From: the human T2T-CHM13v2.0 reference genome, Homo sapiens
Reading direction: 5' to 3' (one strand)
Length of the DNA stretch: 64,000 nucleotides
NCBI RefSeq assembly: GCF_009914755.1
Contig: NC_060928.1
Part shown: piece by piece, positions 1-12,974 of the stretch
Layout: every line of letters begins with the position of its first letter
Numbering within the stretch: position 1 is the first letter of the stretch
The notes under the pieces: model-generated
The model's input: the letters and a program-made list of their open reading frames with translations, nothing else
Told to the model about the DNA's origin: nothing
Database searches by the model: none
Made by a program: the position numbers and the translations under genes

Positions 1-73
1 GATAAAAGACTGAATCAATTTCTTTCTTCCATCATGCTGCCTACTCTAATTTAAAAGATTTGCTGTCGAATTC

Positions 74-400
74 AGGGCTGGCCCATAGGAATACACTGCA
101 AACTACATTCGTAATTTTAAATTTGCTAACAGCACACTAAAAAAGATGCTTTTAAGTGGAATTAATTTTAATGACATATTTTATGTGGCCCAATATATCT
201 AAAATATAATCACTTCAATATGTAATCAATATAAAAATCATTGAGAGGTTTTAATATATTTTTAATACCAAGTCTAAATTGAATTCAGACTTAAAAAAAA
301 ATAAGTAACCAGAAAACATGTGAGTTTCCTGTAAAATCTAAACCTTGCATTGCAAGCCACATTTCAAGTGTAACCTTACTTGTTGGCACAGTAATGGCTA
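74..400 (+). mobile_element. MER33-like hAT-Charlie DNA transposon
   Basis: gtaattttaaattt...aattaattttaat...cccaatatat...agccacatttcaagtg. Confidence 0.7.
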
Positions 401-439
401 GCAGAGGCACAATTGCTTGTCCTGACTGTCCAGAAGGCA

Positions 440-640
440 AGGTGGTATTGAGTATGTGGGCTCTGGGCAGGTGCAGTCTGGGTTTGCACCCTGTCTCCGC
501 CACTGCTAATTGGAGGACAATGGGCAAGTTACTTTCTGTGTCCCAGCTTTCTCATATGTGAAGCAGGGCTGTTGTAAGAATGAAATGAGTTAGTATTTAG
601 TGCCTGACAAGTAGTAGGCATTAAATGTTAGCTATTGGTA
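440..640 (+). mobile_element. MIR SINE
   Basis: gggcaagttact...ctcatatgtgaa core and tagtaggcattaaatgttagctatt end. Confidence 0.7.
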
Positions 641-750
641 CTGCTATTGTCAGAGAATGCACAAGAGTACACAAGAGCTAATTATTATTTGTACCCTCCC
701 CCCAGTGAAATTTGTAAGAAACTAGACATGCTAGGTCATATAACAGGGTT

Positions 751-1206
751 TGTCATGTGTTAAATTGTGTCCCCAAATGACATGTCACAATCCTTATCCC
801 CTGCACCTCAGAATATGCCTTCATTTGAAAATAGGGTAGTTGGAGATGTTACTAGTTAAGACAAGTCATACTGCAGTAAGTTGAGCCCTCAATCGGAGAA
901 GACTGGTGTCTTTATGAGAGCAAGGAAATTTGGACACAGAGACAGAGACACGCAGTGTGCCATATGACAGCAGAGGCAAAGATGAGAGTGGAACAGCCGC
1001 AGAACAAGGCTCACAGGGATTACCAGTCACCCTGAGAAGCAAGGAAAGGGGAGGGAAGGATTCTTCGGAGCTCAGAGGGAGCGTGCCCCAGCTCACACCT
1101 TGATCTTGAACTTCCAGCCTCTGGAACTCTGAGAGAATACATTCCTGTCATTTTAAGCCACCCAGTTTGTGGTGCTTCATGATGGCAGCCCTAGGAAAGT
1201 AATACA
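751..1206 (+). mobile_element. MLT1 (MaLR) solo LTR
   Basis: TG...CA ends, gcagccctaggaaagtaataca terminus, near-TSD gggtt/gagtt. Confidence 0.85.
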
Positions 1207-1594
1207 GAGTTCTTCACCCAAAAGGAAGCACTCTGTCTCACCAACAGCCAAGGTCCTGGATGACTGACAACCTGAGATTGCAGACCTCCGAGAAATTGAA
1301 GTAGGCTCTATAAAGTCTGGGCAGCCCCGTCTTCCAAAGGCTGCTTCTCAAGTCCACACACACACTTTGGAAGGAGAATCCTGCTCTTGGACGTGGTATT
1401 CTTGGTGGGACAGCTACCTATAAAATGAATGAGGTAAGTCACAAACCCAGAGAAATAATTCCATTGGTTTCTTGGTGATTAAACTAATGCGAGCATGTCA
1501 CAAAGTCTACCATTTGTTCTTAATGGACTTTATCATTTTTTGCCACAGTTTTTTCAAACATCTTATTATGGTCAAAAGATTAATTTTCGTTCAG

Positions 1595-1728
1595 TTTTTT
1601 ATTTGTTTCTTTGTTTTAGAGACGGGGTCTCACTTGGTCACTCCGGCCAGAGTGCAGTAGCACCGTCATAGCTCACTGCAGCCTCAAACTGCTGGGCTCA
1701 AGTGATCCTCCTGCCTCAGCCTCCTGAG
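1595..1728 (-). mobile_element. Alu fragment (AluJ/FRAM-like)
   Basis: gctcactgcagcctcaaac...ctcctgcctcagcctcc. Confidence 0.85.
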
Positions 1729-1941
1729 TTTAATTCAGATTTTTAAAAAGTTTTGGTATTTATGTGTATCCTTAAAAACTGGGGGACTAAAGGTGGGACT
1801 CACAAAGAAGTAAAATAAAAATAGTCTAAAGTGATATGTATTTTTATATTGTTAATACTCCTGGAACTGTTAACCATTCTATATACTGTTTTCTATAGTT
1901 CTTCATTCTCAATTTGACACTTATGTTTCTTTTCCATTTCC

Positions 1942-1944
<3 letters not shown>

Positions 1945-1974
<30 letters not shown>
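1945..1974. repeat. (TA)n microsatellite
   Basis: Direct observation. Confidence 0.97.
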
Positions 1975-1980
<6 letters not shown>

Positions 1981-3183
1981 GAAGTTCTCAATCATATATG
2001 CAGATTCTGTGACAAAATTACAAAAAAATTCTCTAAAAGAAACATTTATTTTCACAATTCAGGAATGCTTGACTGTAAACACAAGTACTCATAAATGTTT
2101 ATTGTATTGATTTTAATTTGATGATTATAAAATAGACTCTAAAAATGAATTTATTACTTTAATGTTATGGCTTGTTAATTCTTCTTATTTACCAGGAAAA
2201 CACATGCTTCTGTTACAGTATCTTCTTAGGTCATACTAAGTGGCTGCCTCAAATCTTCATTAATATTTATAAGAATATAAACTACTTCAAGCAGAACTTT
2301 TCACTTAGAGAGAACCTTGGAGATCTTTTGAGCTAAACTTTTCATTTTACAGATGAGAAAACTGGAGCAAGGGGATATTAAAGATTTGACGAAGGGCATG
2401 TCATTATTAAATGAGAAGCCAAGCTGTAACTCTTGTCATCCAAGTCTCCTAACACCCAGTTCAGGGGCCTTTACACCATACCACCAGGCAATAAATGCCA
2501 TCCTTCTATCTGGCAGATACGATGGACAGTTAGCAATCCATCAGTGAACTCAAGCGGAATTGAGGAAGATGGTATTTACCATTAAATTAAATAACACATG
2601 TCAAGCCCTTAGCAGGACATGGGGCACATAATAAACGCTTGTTAAAGGGAACAATTATTTTTGTTGTTGTATGATTCAGAAATGCAATGTGAAATAGTGG
2701 AAACCCTTGTAGATTTTCAAATCAGATGGACCTAGGTTTAGCTGGCAGTGTACACTCACTGACTTATGTAACCTGCGCAACTCACTTAATCTTTCTATGT
2801 ATCTGTTTTCTCACAGGCAAAAAAGGAATAATAATGAGATTGGGTATGTAAAATATCGATAAGTAGAGGCATTTGTTAATGTTAACAATGAAATTACAAT
2901 CTGTCATTTTATGTGTTGAGTAAATAATATAAAGAATTCAAAGAGATGTGACCTGTCATTAACATTTATCTACCTGAAATTGAGGGGAATAGGCCAGGCT
3001 CATGTCACCTCTATGGTTAGTGCCCCGACCTCTCTCTTTCCACCCTGCCCCTTTCCTTTGGCACTGACACTTGGACCTCAGTGCCTCTACCCTGCTGCCT
3101 TCTGGAAGTTCAGGACACTCCCTTCATAACAACTTGCTTGTACTTCTCTTTGCCTACAGACCTCATATTTAAACAAACAAACA

Positions 3184-3495
<312 letters not shown>

Positions 3496-3723
3496 CAACC
3501 CCCGCCCCCCGCTTCATTTCATTCTCTCAGACACCTGATCTTCACCTCCTAAAATAAAGGCTAACACTTAGCTGAATAACTTATTCAACTAAGTTAGCAT
3601 TCCCATGTTCTGTGGAATGCTAGCCTCTAAGATGCTCCATGAAAGAAGGTCAAATAAGCTTGGGAAATTATGGAATAATTGCACGGTAGGAGATGCCCAC
3701 CTTTAGGTAAGGCCTACTGGTAC

Positions 3724-3861
3724 CTCCTCAGCACTCCTGGTTCTCTTTCACTTCGAGGGCTTCCTACTGCCAGCACCTGCGACTCTGTCTGAGGGCATTC
3801 TCTGACTTGTAGCATGCTCTTACAATGCCCTTCAAGCCAAACCAGGTTGGTAACTTCCACC
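3724..3861 (-). pseudogene. Possible linker pseudo-exon (R)VEVTNLVWLEG...EPGVLR(R)
   Basis: tagcag acceptor, GAG|gtacca donor, 138 bp, phase 2-2, open frame; no domain motif. Confidence 0.4.
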
Positions 3862-4761
3862 CTGCTATCAAGAACTAACAGAAAACATGGGCGGGTTTCA
3901 TGGCTAAAGAGATAATCATGAGATCTGGAGGATGGTCCAGGAGGCATATGGGATGAAGATAGTTATATTCCGAAACTGCCATGGAAAAAAAAGTATCTTT
4001 AGGAAGAAGCAGCCCATCTTTCAGTGGCTTCAGCCCAAATCATCAGATGCCTGGGACTGCAACATGCCTTAAAGTACTCGAGGAATAAAATGGTCAATAC
4101 TGATCAGAATTTTAAATACTTAAGCCTTGAACTACCCTATAAAATCCATGAAAAGATTTTAGAAAAGAGTAAAAACTTGGGTTCCCTGATAGAGAAATAC
4201 AGATTGAGAGTATTTCAGAAGGCATTCTTGCTCTGCCTTTAACACAACCATTGGCAATAGGTGTGTATTGTACTGTCCAGGCAGAATCCTCTGGGAAGAA
4301 AGTAGAAAGATGTCTTGTAAATGGGAGTCCCTTGGGAGGCAAGTGAGGGGTAAAAGTCAGTGTGTGTGGGAGTGTTTAGTGCAATTGGGGACTAAACACC
4401 AGTCATCTCCAGGACTTGAATTTTGCCACTTAACTGCAATTTTCTTCCCAACTCTGCAAACACAGTTTACATGCCTCGTTTGTCACCTCAGTCACACATT
4501 ACCCTCCCATGTCCACTATTCAGGTTCCGAGACATTAACTAGTTTCAAATGCATTGCCATAGTTCATCGTTTAAAAATTCTACCTTTTTGTTAACAATGT
4601 TTTTTCAAAAATCCTTTGTCACTTATAAAATATTAATAAGTGAGATACCAGGCAATAAAGAGAAAATTTAAATAATCCTAGCACTTTGAGGGGTACATTC
4701 TCTGTACTAAAAGCAAGAATAAAAAATGTACGAAGAAATGAGAAAATGTGGAAAAGAAGTG

Positions 4762-4871
4762 CTAAGAATCCAACGTGGCATGAATCGGGGGTCTCTGACA
4801 TTTCCATCTTCATCAAGGGGATTCTGTCAAGTAGTAAGTCAAGCTCTTCATCAGTAATCTCCACACCAAAC
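4762..4871 (-). pseudogene. Pseudo-exon FGVEITDEELDLLLDRIP/LDEDGNVRDPRF
   Basis: Acceptor ctatttgtttcag; ITDEELD linker-helix and DEDGNV loop split by a 1-nt frameshift at the C run 4817-4820; donor lost. Confidence 0.85.
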
Positions 4872-4940
4872 CTGAAACAAATAGCAGTTAGCATCAGTCA
4901 CCTCCCAAGTTCACATTTGGGTCACCCATGCCCACAATAC

Positions 4941-5075
4941 CCTAAGCATATGGCTGCCATTAAAGCTTTGTGACTGCTGCAGTCCTCAAGATCAAGAGCA
5001 CCACGTGAATATCAGAGGTTAATCAGGGTTTTGATCGCTTCAGCTTTCTCAGAGAAAGATTCTACCACAGAATCC
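4941..5075 (-). pseudogene. Pseudo-exon DSVVESFSEKAEAIKTLINL*YSRGALDLEDCSSHKALMAAICL(G)
   Basis: Acceptor ccaatgcag, donor AGG|gtattg, 135 bp, phase 2-2; TGA at 5012-5014; 69-nt intron with gctaac branch point to next exon. Confidence 0.7.
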
Positions 5076-5910
5076 CTGCATTGGTGGAGCACAGAAATAG
5101 AAACACCGGCATGTTGAATTGTGTGTGATTGTCCTCTATAAAAAGTTATTCATTACACTAAAACACTGGTATTGCTTAAACAAGTTAACTCTGAAAAGCC
5201 TTTCAATTGGGCTGCTTAGCATGAAAGAAAAGGTAGAGAAAAAAATGCCTTTCGAAAAACAGCTTCCTAATACTCTTGCAAAGCATTTCATAATGGCTTT
5301 AAAGACATTTTGCATACAAATATTTTAAAAGTGGCAGTGTTTATTCATCAGCAAGAAAGTGTTTTCATCTCTCAAGAACAATCAAAACATAATCCGTGAA
5401 TCACTGGCATAAATAAGAATGACTTAAGCAATAATAATGAACAAGGCGTTCATTCATCATTTTGCAAAGCTGATAAAACCCAGCTGACTTTTGGAAAAGA
5501 GGGGAATATATTTTCTTTTGACAACACAATGACAGAATAACATCAAAAAGTCTCTTTATCCATTTTCATTATTACTTCCTTAATAATTATAAAAAGGAAA
5601 AATATTTATATGATCTTCAGAGAAACCAGAGTATACTTTCTTAGTAATTATAAAACAACATATACACACCATCAACAACAATGCAACAAACAAAAATGGC
5701 TTTTTTTCCTAAGCTGCAAATAATTAAGTTATCATGTATTTGTATTTCAGAAGTACTTGAATTTAAATAGCATCTCAGGGACTTTGCAGTTGGGTAACCT
5801 TTTTTTCATTTGTATAAAATTAGAAAAAAAGGGTAATTTAATGTTATACCTGCACAGTGTTTATCTTACTCCCTTTTATTCTCTTTATCATTTCTTCACA
5901 ATGAAGTTAC

Positions 5911-6000
5911 CTGGACTAATGGAGAAATCCTTGGTATTTAGCATCAGAAATGAAAATTAATTCTCAGGTTTGATTTGGATTTAAACTCTTAAACTCAGTA
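5911..6000 (-). pseudogene. Pseudo-exon (D)TEFKSLNPNQT*ELIFISDAKYQGFLH*S(R)
   Basis: Acceptor ttgtttccttttaaag, donor CAG|gtaact, 90 bp, phase 2-2; stops at 5964-5966 and 5916-5918. Confidence 0.6.
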
Positions 6001-6619
6001 CTTTAAAAGGAAACAAACATTCTGTATAGGCATATTGGGGGAAAAAAGATGAAAAGTCAAGAAATCCGAATCTAGTTTATATCCACCATTCTACAGCTAT
6101 GCAATCATGGAAAATCACTTAACTTTTACATTTCAGTTATAAAAGTGGTCTCAGTGGTCTGTGAGTGTTCTGTATCTTACTGAGTGGTTATGTGATAGTG
6201 AGATAATGATAACAAAAGTGCCTGGAAAAACATCACATAAATATTGTGTATTACTATTTTTGATGTCGAAAACAGGTTAAAAAAGGCCTCCCAAACATAA
6301 TAGAAAAGACTGTTCAAACCTAACAGTAACACAAGCCCTTTTTCTCAAGAGCCCGTCTTGGTGAGTGGCATATGGTTTAGTGGAGATAGCATGGCCTTCG
6401 GGTTAACTGGACCAACGTTTGAATCCCAGCTCTGTCATTTAGTAGCTGTGTGTGGCCTTGGGCAATTTCCTTAATTCCCTGAGCCTCAATTTTCATTTGT
6501 ATAACAAGAAAGGCTATTTTGAAAATCAATTAAGTAAATAAATATGCACATATTCTCTTTAATGTAAAATGTATTTTCTTAACAGTGAAACTACCTTCAC
6601 TGTATTGGATAAAATGAGG

Positions 6620-6932
6620 CTTTCCCTAACCACCAAAATTAGTCTCCCACCTCAGTGTCCAATCTCTATCTTATCACACTGCTATTATTATCTTATCTCT
6701 CTTACCACTATCTGAAATTATTTTATTGGTTTACTGACTACTTGGTTATTGTCTGTCTTTTGTCTCCACTTCTCGTGTAAACTCCATGAAAACAGGTTTA
6801 GTGCAACTAGGGACTAAACACCAGTCATCTCCAGGACTTGACTTCATCATTTGCCTGTTCACCATTGTATCCCTAGAATCTGTAACAACAACCAGAAGGT
6901 ACTCAATAAATATTTAATCAATGAACAAATGA
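6620..6932 (+). mobile_element. L2 3' end
   Basis: ctccatgaaaacagg...gttcaccattgtatccc...ctcaataaatattt...atgaa terminus. Confidence 0.75.
6796..6841 (+). repeat. 46-bp dispersed duplicate of 4374-4419
   Basis: gtttagtgcaa.t.gggactaaacaccagtcatctccaggacttga, 2 mismatches. Confidence 0.95.
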
Positions 6933-7009
6933 CTAACTCATTTCTACTGTAAGGGTATATGTACTTGAGAGAAGTTAAGTATATGTACTTGAGAGAAGAG
7001 GAATTTTTA

Positions 7010-7635
7010 TTATGTGAAATAAGGCATATGTTAATTATCTTGATTAAGCCATTACACAATGTATACATATTTCAAAACATGTTGTATATGATAAATATAT
7101 ACAATTTTATGTCAACTTAAAAAAGAATAAAGAAATAATAATAACATCAAAAGGAGCTTTTATGTATTTATTTGTATATATTCCTGGGGTACAAGTGCAA
7201 TTTTGCTACGTGGATATATTGCATTGTGGTGACGTCGGGGCCTTCAGTGCATCACTGGAACAACACACACTGTACCCACCAAGTAACCCCCCATCCTCCA
7301 CCCTGCCTCCCACCCCCTCAGCCCCCACCCTCTGAGTCTCCACTGTCCATCATTCCACATGCTACATCCATGTGTACACATTTTTTTAGCTCCCACTTAT
7401 TAGTGAAAACGTGTGGTATTTGTCTTTCTGTGTCTGAGTTGTTTCACTTAAGCTAATGGCCTCCAGGTTCATTCAGGTTGCTGCAAAAGACATGATTTCA
7501 TTCTTTTTTTTAAGGCTGAATAATATTCCATTGTGTATATATACCATATTTTCTTTATCTAATCCTCTGTTGATGGACACTTAGGTTGATTTCATATCTT
7601 TATTATTGTGAATAGTGCTGCAATAAATATACCAG
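7010..7635. mobile_element. Two L1 3' ends tail-to-tail (+ 7010-7135, - 7160-7635)
   Basis: L1MA-type 3' UTR motifs in opposite orientations. Confidence 0.75.
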
Positions 7636-8123
7636 TAGAGAATGTGTGCTTTGAAGAGATTGAAAAAGGTTTGAAATAAGCACAGTAGAGAATGGAATAC
7701 AGAGTTGACTAATAAAACATAGTGGGGATTGACAGGAAATACTAGGAATCCAGGTGAAGTTGGTGACAATGAATTTACAGTAATGTAAGTCTACTCAGTA
7801 GCATGATTTTCCCCAGCACCACTAAGCAGCCTGGGTGCAGGTGAAGACAAGATGAGCAGTTGCGCACATCTAGGTTTGAGAATTTGTCAGATAGATGTGA
7901 ATAAAAGACAACAAAGCAAGGGAGTGTAGAATACTGACCAAAAAATGACTCATGGAAAAATAGAATCTAAACTGTGCTCCAGCTTAGAGAGGGAAGAGAG
8001 AACATGTGTGCAGGGATAGAACTGGGAAACAGCAGGAAGATCAGTGGACTAGAACAGATAGGAGATAATAGTCAGGAATGGCTCAATTCATGATTTCTTA
8101 GGTGTAGTTATTTTGGATATCAC

Positions 8124-8193
8124 AGTTCATCTCAGACTTCCAAGAGAGTTTACATTCTTAGTATCCCCCAAAGACCTCCTTCACTTAGAAGGT
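8124..8193 (+). repeat. About 70-bp dispersed duplicate of 9218-9289
   Basis: agttcatctcagactt...aaagacctccttcacttagaaggt shared, with small indels. Confidence 0.95.
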
Positions 8194-10626
8194 GAATATA
8201 ATAGCAAAAACTAAAATTTACTGAGAATTTCATATGTTCTTAGCACTATGCCAAGCATTTTACATGCATTGTCCCCATTTAACCCTACCAGTATCAATTA
8301 TTATCATTCCTAACACTGTCCTAATAGTGTCACTGAGATCTCTGAGGTGACTGCGGGTGAAGAAAGTTAAAGGGAAATAGTCTGGAAATGGCACTAAAGA
8401 GCGAGGCAAATGAACAGCTTCCTCCTGAAAAAGGAAGTAATGTCCTGGGCAAAAAGCCAGTTTGTGATTAAACTGCATTTAGAAGGGTGGAGGATGGAGA
8501 AGAGTTTGTGCATCATGGGTTGGGCATTCTGGAGGGCACAGTTGGAGGATTTTACAAGGGGAAGCATCAGAGTTTGGAAGAGTGAACAAGAAACCCAGAT
8601 GAACATTAGGGTAAGAGAATGCTGAAAGTGTATATAGGCTAGACAACTGGGGGGCGGAGGTTACATTACAGGTAGTATAACAAGGAAAATTAGTATGAGG
8701 CCAGATGGATTAAGATTCTAAAAGAAACCTCAAACATAATCATCTAGGCCATACTTTTAGCTCATTACTCACTGTCTCTCTAGGTATAGGTAGTTTAAGT
8801 TTTCAGCTGTAATGATAATAGCAAACATTTATTGACTGCCTACTACATGTCAGATACATTACCTGTATTTATATAATCCTTACAACAACACTATGAGGTG
8901 AATGTACTATATATTATCTCCGTTGTACAGTGAAACCTTATATAGTTATTACCTGGTAAAGCTTGAATTTGAACCTTGCCAACTGTCTCTGGAGCTCTCC
9001 AGATGACCATTTTATTATTCTCACTGCTCAAGCAGGGCTGCCATTTCTCTTCCTACAGTTCTCTTTACCATGTTGCACACTTTTTCTAGCAGAAAAAGGT
9101 CTCTCCACAATCCTTCCAGAGAAACTTAAATATTAATGTATAAGATTATGATGAAGTCAATACACTTAAAGCTAACCTTTAACACTATACTCTGTAAGTG
9201 GATTTTGAAATAAGGATAGTTCATCTCAGACTTTATCCAAGAGAGCTTACATTCTTAAGTATCCCAAAGACCTCCTTCACTTAGAAGGTCTTCTTAAGGC
9301 CTATATCTCAAAGACAGTATTGTAGGACAGATCCAGTGTGTTTAAGAAATTATCTGTCACACAATAAATTTTTTCTGCCCTCAGAGAGGAAACTAGCTTC
9401 TGATATTTCTCCCTAAGGACAAAAAAAATAAGTTACTGTCAGGCTTACTTTAAATTCCATAACAGAAAATATATGGGGTTTTTAAAATTAGTTCCATACA
9501 TTTTTCTGTCTGTATATAGCAAATAAACAAGCAAAGTAGCTTTCATAGATATAAAATAAGTAGTAGGAATCCCATTATAGAAATCCCCCTTTTCTGTTAT
9601 TTAAGTCTCAAAATATCAAAGCATAGTATTTGTGTATAGAATCCAAGAAGAAATAAAAAATAAATCATCTGGAAAAAAAAACCCACAGTTGGATTCTTTC
9701 TATCTTAATACTGATTTAGCAATCACACTTTGATTTTAGTAGGTGAAATTTCCAAGGAATCTAAAAGTCTAAAAGACTTAAGTAGAAAAGATGGGGCCTT
9801 ACATGTAATAAAGCTCCTTTATTTACTCCCACAGGTAACTACAATGGAAAGGCTTACAATTGAAGTGCTTATGTATTAATGACTTTAGACCTCTTCACTA
9901 AAGACTTTGTAATTTTTACTAAATGACATATTCTTCAAAAACAAAAAATCTATATTGGCTAAATATATTTTTCTAATTATGTGTTTTAGAAATAATATTA
10001 TGTCTACTGATATAAATCTGGGTTTGTTTCATTGCATTTTAGCATTGGTTCTTCAACCAAATCCCTAAACAGAATCATCTATTTTCCTCAGAAATCTGTG
10101 TTTAATTGGATACTTAAATTATTTTAGTATGCAATTAAATCATGTGTAATATTCAAAAAGTATTTCAGGATGATATTCTTATCCTCTTTTTAAAAAGTAC
10201 AATGTTTAGAGCTTGTTTTTAAAGACTTTAATTTCTTACATCGACATCTTTTCCAGTAGATTACTTTATCTTTAAAATACAGAGCAGGATATATAGTGCA
10301 GGAAAAACAGTATTTTTCATCACTTCTGTTCTCTTTATTACTGTCAAAATCTTTAATACTATATTCCCTCAGAAAATATCTGGGTATTATTATAAAATAA
10401 GTTCTCAAGCTCTGGTAAAAATATCCTTAGCCTATACTTCAAAATGGAGAAATAATCCAGCCTTTAACTGATTTTCCAGGAATTTACTTTTCTAACATTA
10501 GACGTTAAAAGCACATTAAAAACAAACAAACAACAACAACAACAAAAACCTCTGATCAAACACAGGGTGATGATAAAAAACATTAATCCTGATCATATAT
10601 GCCAGATCTCTTGGTATATGACATAC

Positions 10627-10730
10627 TCATTACCCATCCTGAGTAATACATCTTGTCTTTTCTCCATCTTGTACTCCAAAGTCAGATCCATGGGCTTGAA
10701 AGGCTCCAGAAGGGCCAGGTGGGGCTGGGC
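10627..10730 (-). pseudogene. Pseudo-exon AQPHLALLEPFKPMDLTLEYKMEKRQDVLLRMGN
   Basis: Acceptor tctcatatctcag, donor GA|gtatgt, phase 0-2; LL-E-x-FK-x-MD first-EF pattern; in frame with exon at 6000. Confidence 0.65.
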
Positions 10731-11799
10731 CTGAGATATGAGAATTGCTAGTGTGATCCTGGTATTATGAACCACAAGTGGCCCACTGTCATCCCAAATC
10801 CCCAGAGGACCTCCCAACTGAGAGGTCTCTCTTTTGAACCATATCAGCTTGAGATCTCCCTTTCTCTTTTGCTCTCTTTCTCCTTCTTTCCCTACAACTG
10901 CCTTTCCTATATGGCACACTTATATTGTATCTCTCTCTTTCTCTCTCACTCTATATATAATATCTCTGTATCTACAGTATCTATCTCTCTATACATGGAT
11001 GTGTTTTTTTTTATCAGACTATCCTCAAAGAAAAGGATATTTGTCATCATAGAACAGTCATTTATTTATATTAACCAAAATAAACATAAGTGAAGGGCTT
11101 TGAATAATAATTTCAATGACTTTTTTTAAAAAGAATTTCTTAACATGAGTAATAAAGTGAGAAGTCCTGGGTTTGAGTCCTTAGTTCTGCTACTTACTCG
11201 ATGTGAGGCTTTAGAAAGTCTCGTAAGCTCTCACAGATTGTTTCTTCATTTTTAAAATGTGCAGGATAATCACAATTAGGTTACCAATCAACAAGATTAT
11301 TTCTAGATTCAAGCTTGTTAATGAACACATAGACTACTCTATAAATTCTAAATTCTTAATGTCACACATTCATAGTATCAACAATACAATTGGGTAAAGT
11401 TTGCATTCACTTCGACGCTGCGACTGAAAAAGGTGAATGGTTCGTTTCCTCACACTCCCTTTGCATTCCTTGTTCCTCCAGACACAGTGAAACTCAGTTT
11501 CTGCAGAATTTGATTTCATTTGAGTTACTGGGGAACAAAGCAATTAGACAATGAATAATAGCTCAAGACAGGCTGAAGCTGAAGATTTCTGCAAAAGAAT
11601 GAAGAGGAAACGTTTTGATCCTGAGCAGATGTTCTCCCTAGATTGCTTCACCTGAGGTTGATTGACTTTTGGAAACGAGATTTGTTCCCAGGTGGGTAAG
11701 CCTTGGGGCCATAGGTTTTTCAGGATTTTGAAGGTCACATGGAATGCGAGGGGGTTAGGGAAATTTCCCAAGCATTTATGGGACCTGGGGGAATCTCAC

Positions 11800-11991
11800 G
11801 TTGAAGAAGGTGGTTACCACACGCAAGCAAGCCCTTTTCCTGTTGCAGGCGGTGGACAGCTCCCGTCTGAGCATGCAAGTCTGCAGGGAGCTGCAGATGG
11901 CGGAGGGGCGCCCCGAGGCCTCCGGGAGAGCAGCTTGGGGAGCGGCAGCAGGGCACGCCGGGAAAGGCGCGAGGCACTCTGGGAAGGCAAC
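11800..11991 (-). pseudogene. CpG-rich pseudo-exon VAFPECLAPF...RVVTTFFN
   Basis: Acceptor ccttcctag, donor AAC|gtgaga, 192 bp, phase 0-0, stop-free; start resembles V-x-F-x-E-F-L-x-x-F. Confidence 0.55.
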
Positions 11992-12572
11992 CTAGGAAGG
12001 GTGGGGCCCTGGGGCCTTTTGAGGAGCTAAGTGGCCAAGGAGAGGTGCGTTTAGTTATCTCAGAAGTCCGTTGCCCTCGTGGTGTCCATTCTGTAACTGT
12101 TCTCACAAGACAAGACAGCCTGAGTTGTTTACAGCCAGCAACTCTTCCTGTCTGAGAGCGGTGTCTCCCGTTGGGTTTCCCTAGTGCCTCACCTTGGTCC
12201 AGATGGCCGAAGGGGACCGTTTCCTGTGGCCTCTTCGCACTGTTCTAGGTGTTAACGATCCCCCCCGCCCCGCCCCTACTGACTTCCTCATCCTAGCCTT
12301 TTACTTCTTTTCTGCCTGGCCTCTGATTTTACAATATACTATGGGGAGAAATGTCTCTGAAGTTTTACTTCAGCCTGAAATGTATAAGACAAGCCCTCAA
12401 GAGTTTCCAAAATCATAAATACATGTAAGTTTCTCCATCTTAAGCAATTCATCTTACGGTTGCATTAATTTGGGACAGGGCCCCAGCTCTGTGTGAGTGG
12501 ATTGTTGATGACATCCTAGTAAATAGAATTCTATCTGACCTGACTGACATATGCAAACAAACTGGAACTTAG

Positions 12573-12974
<402 letters not shown>

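Noticed and set aside
1290-1417. Minus-strand acceptor ttttatag as the next pseudo-exon
   Set aside because: Phase-matched frame begins with a stop and shows no convincing motif
4024-4242. 72-aa plus-strand ORF as a processed pseudogene
   Set aside because: No family recognised; no poly(A) or TSD
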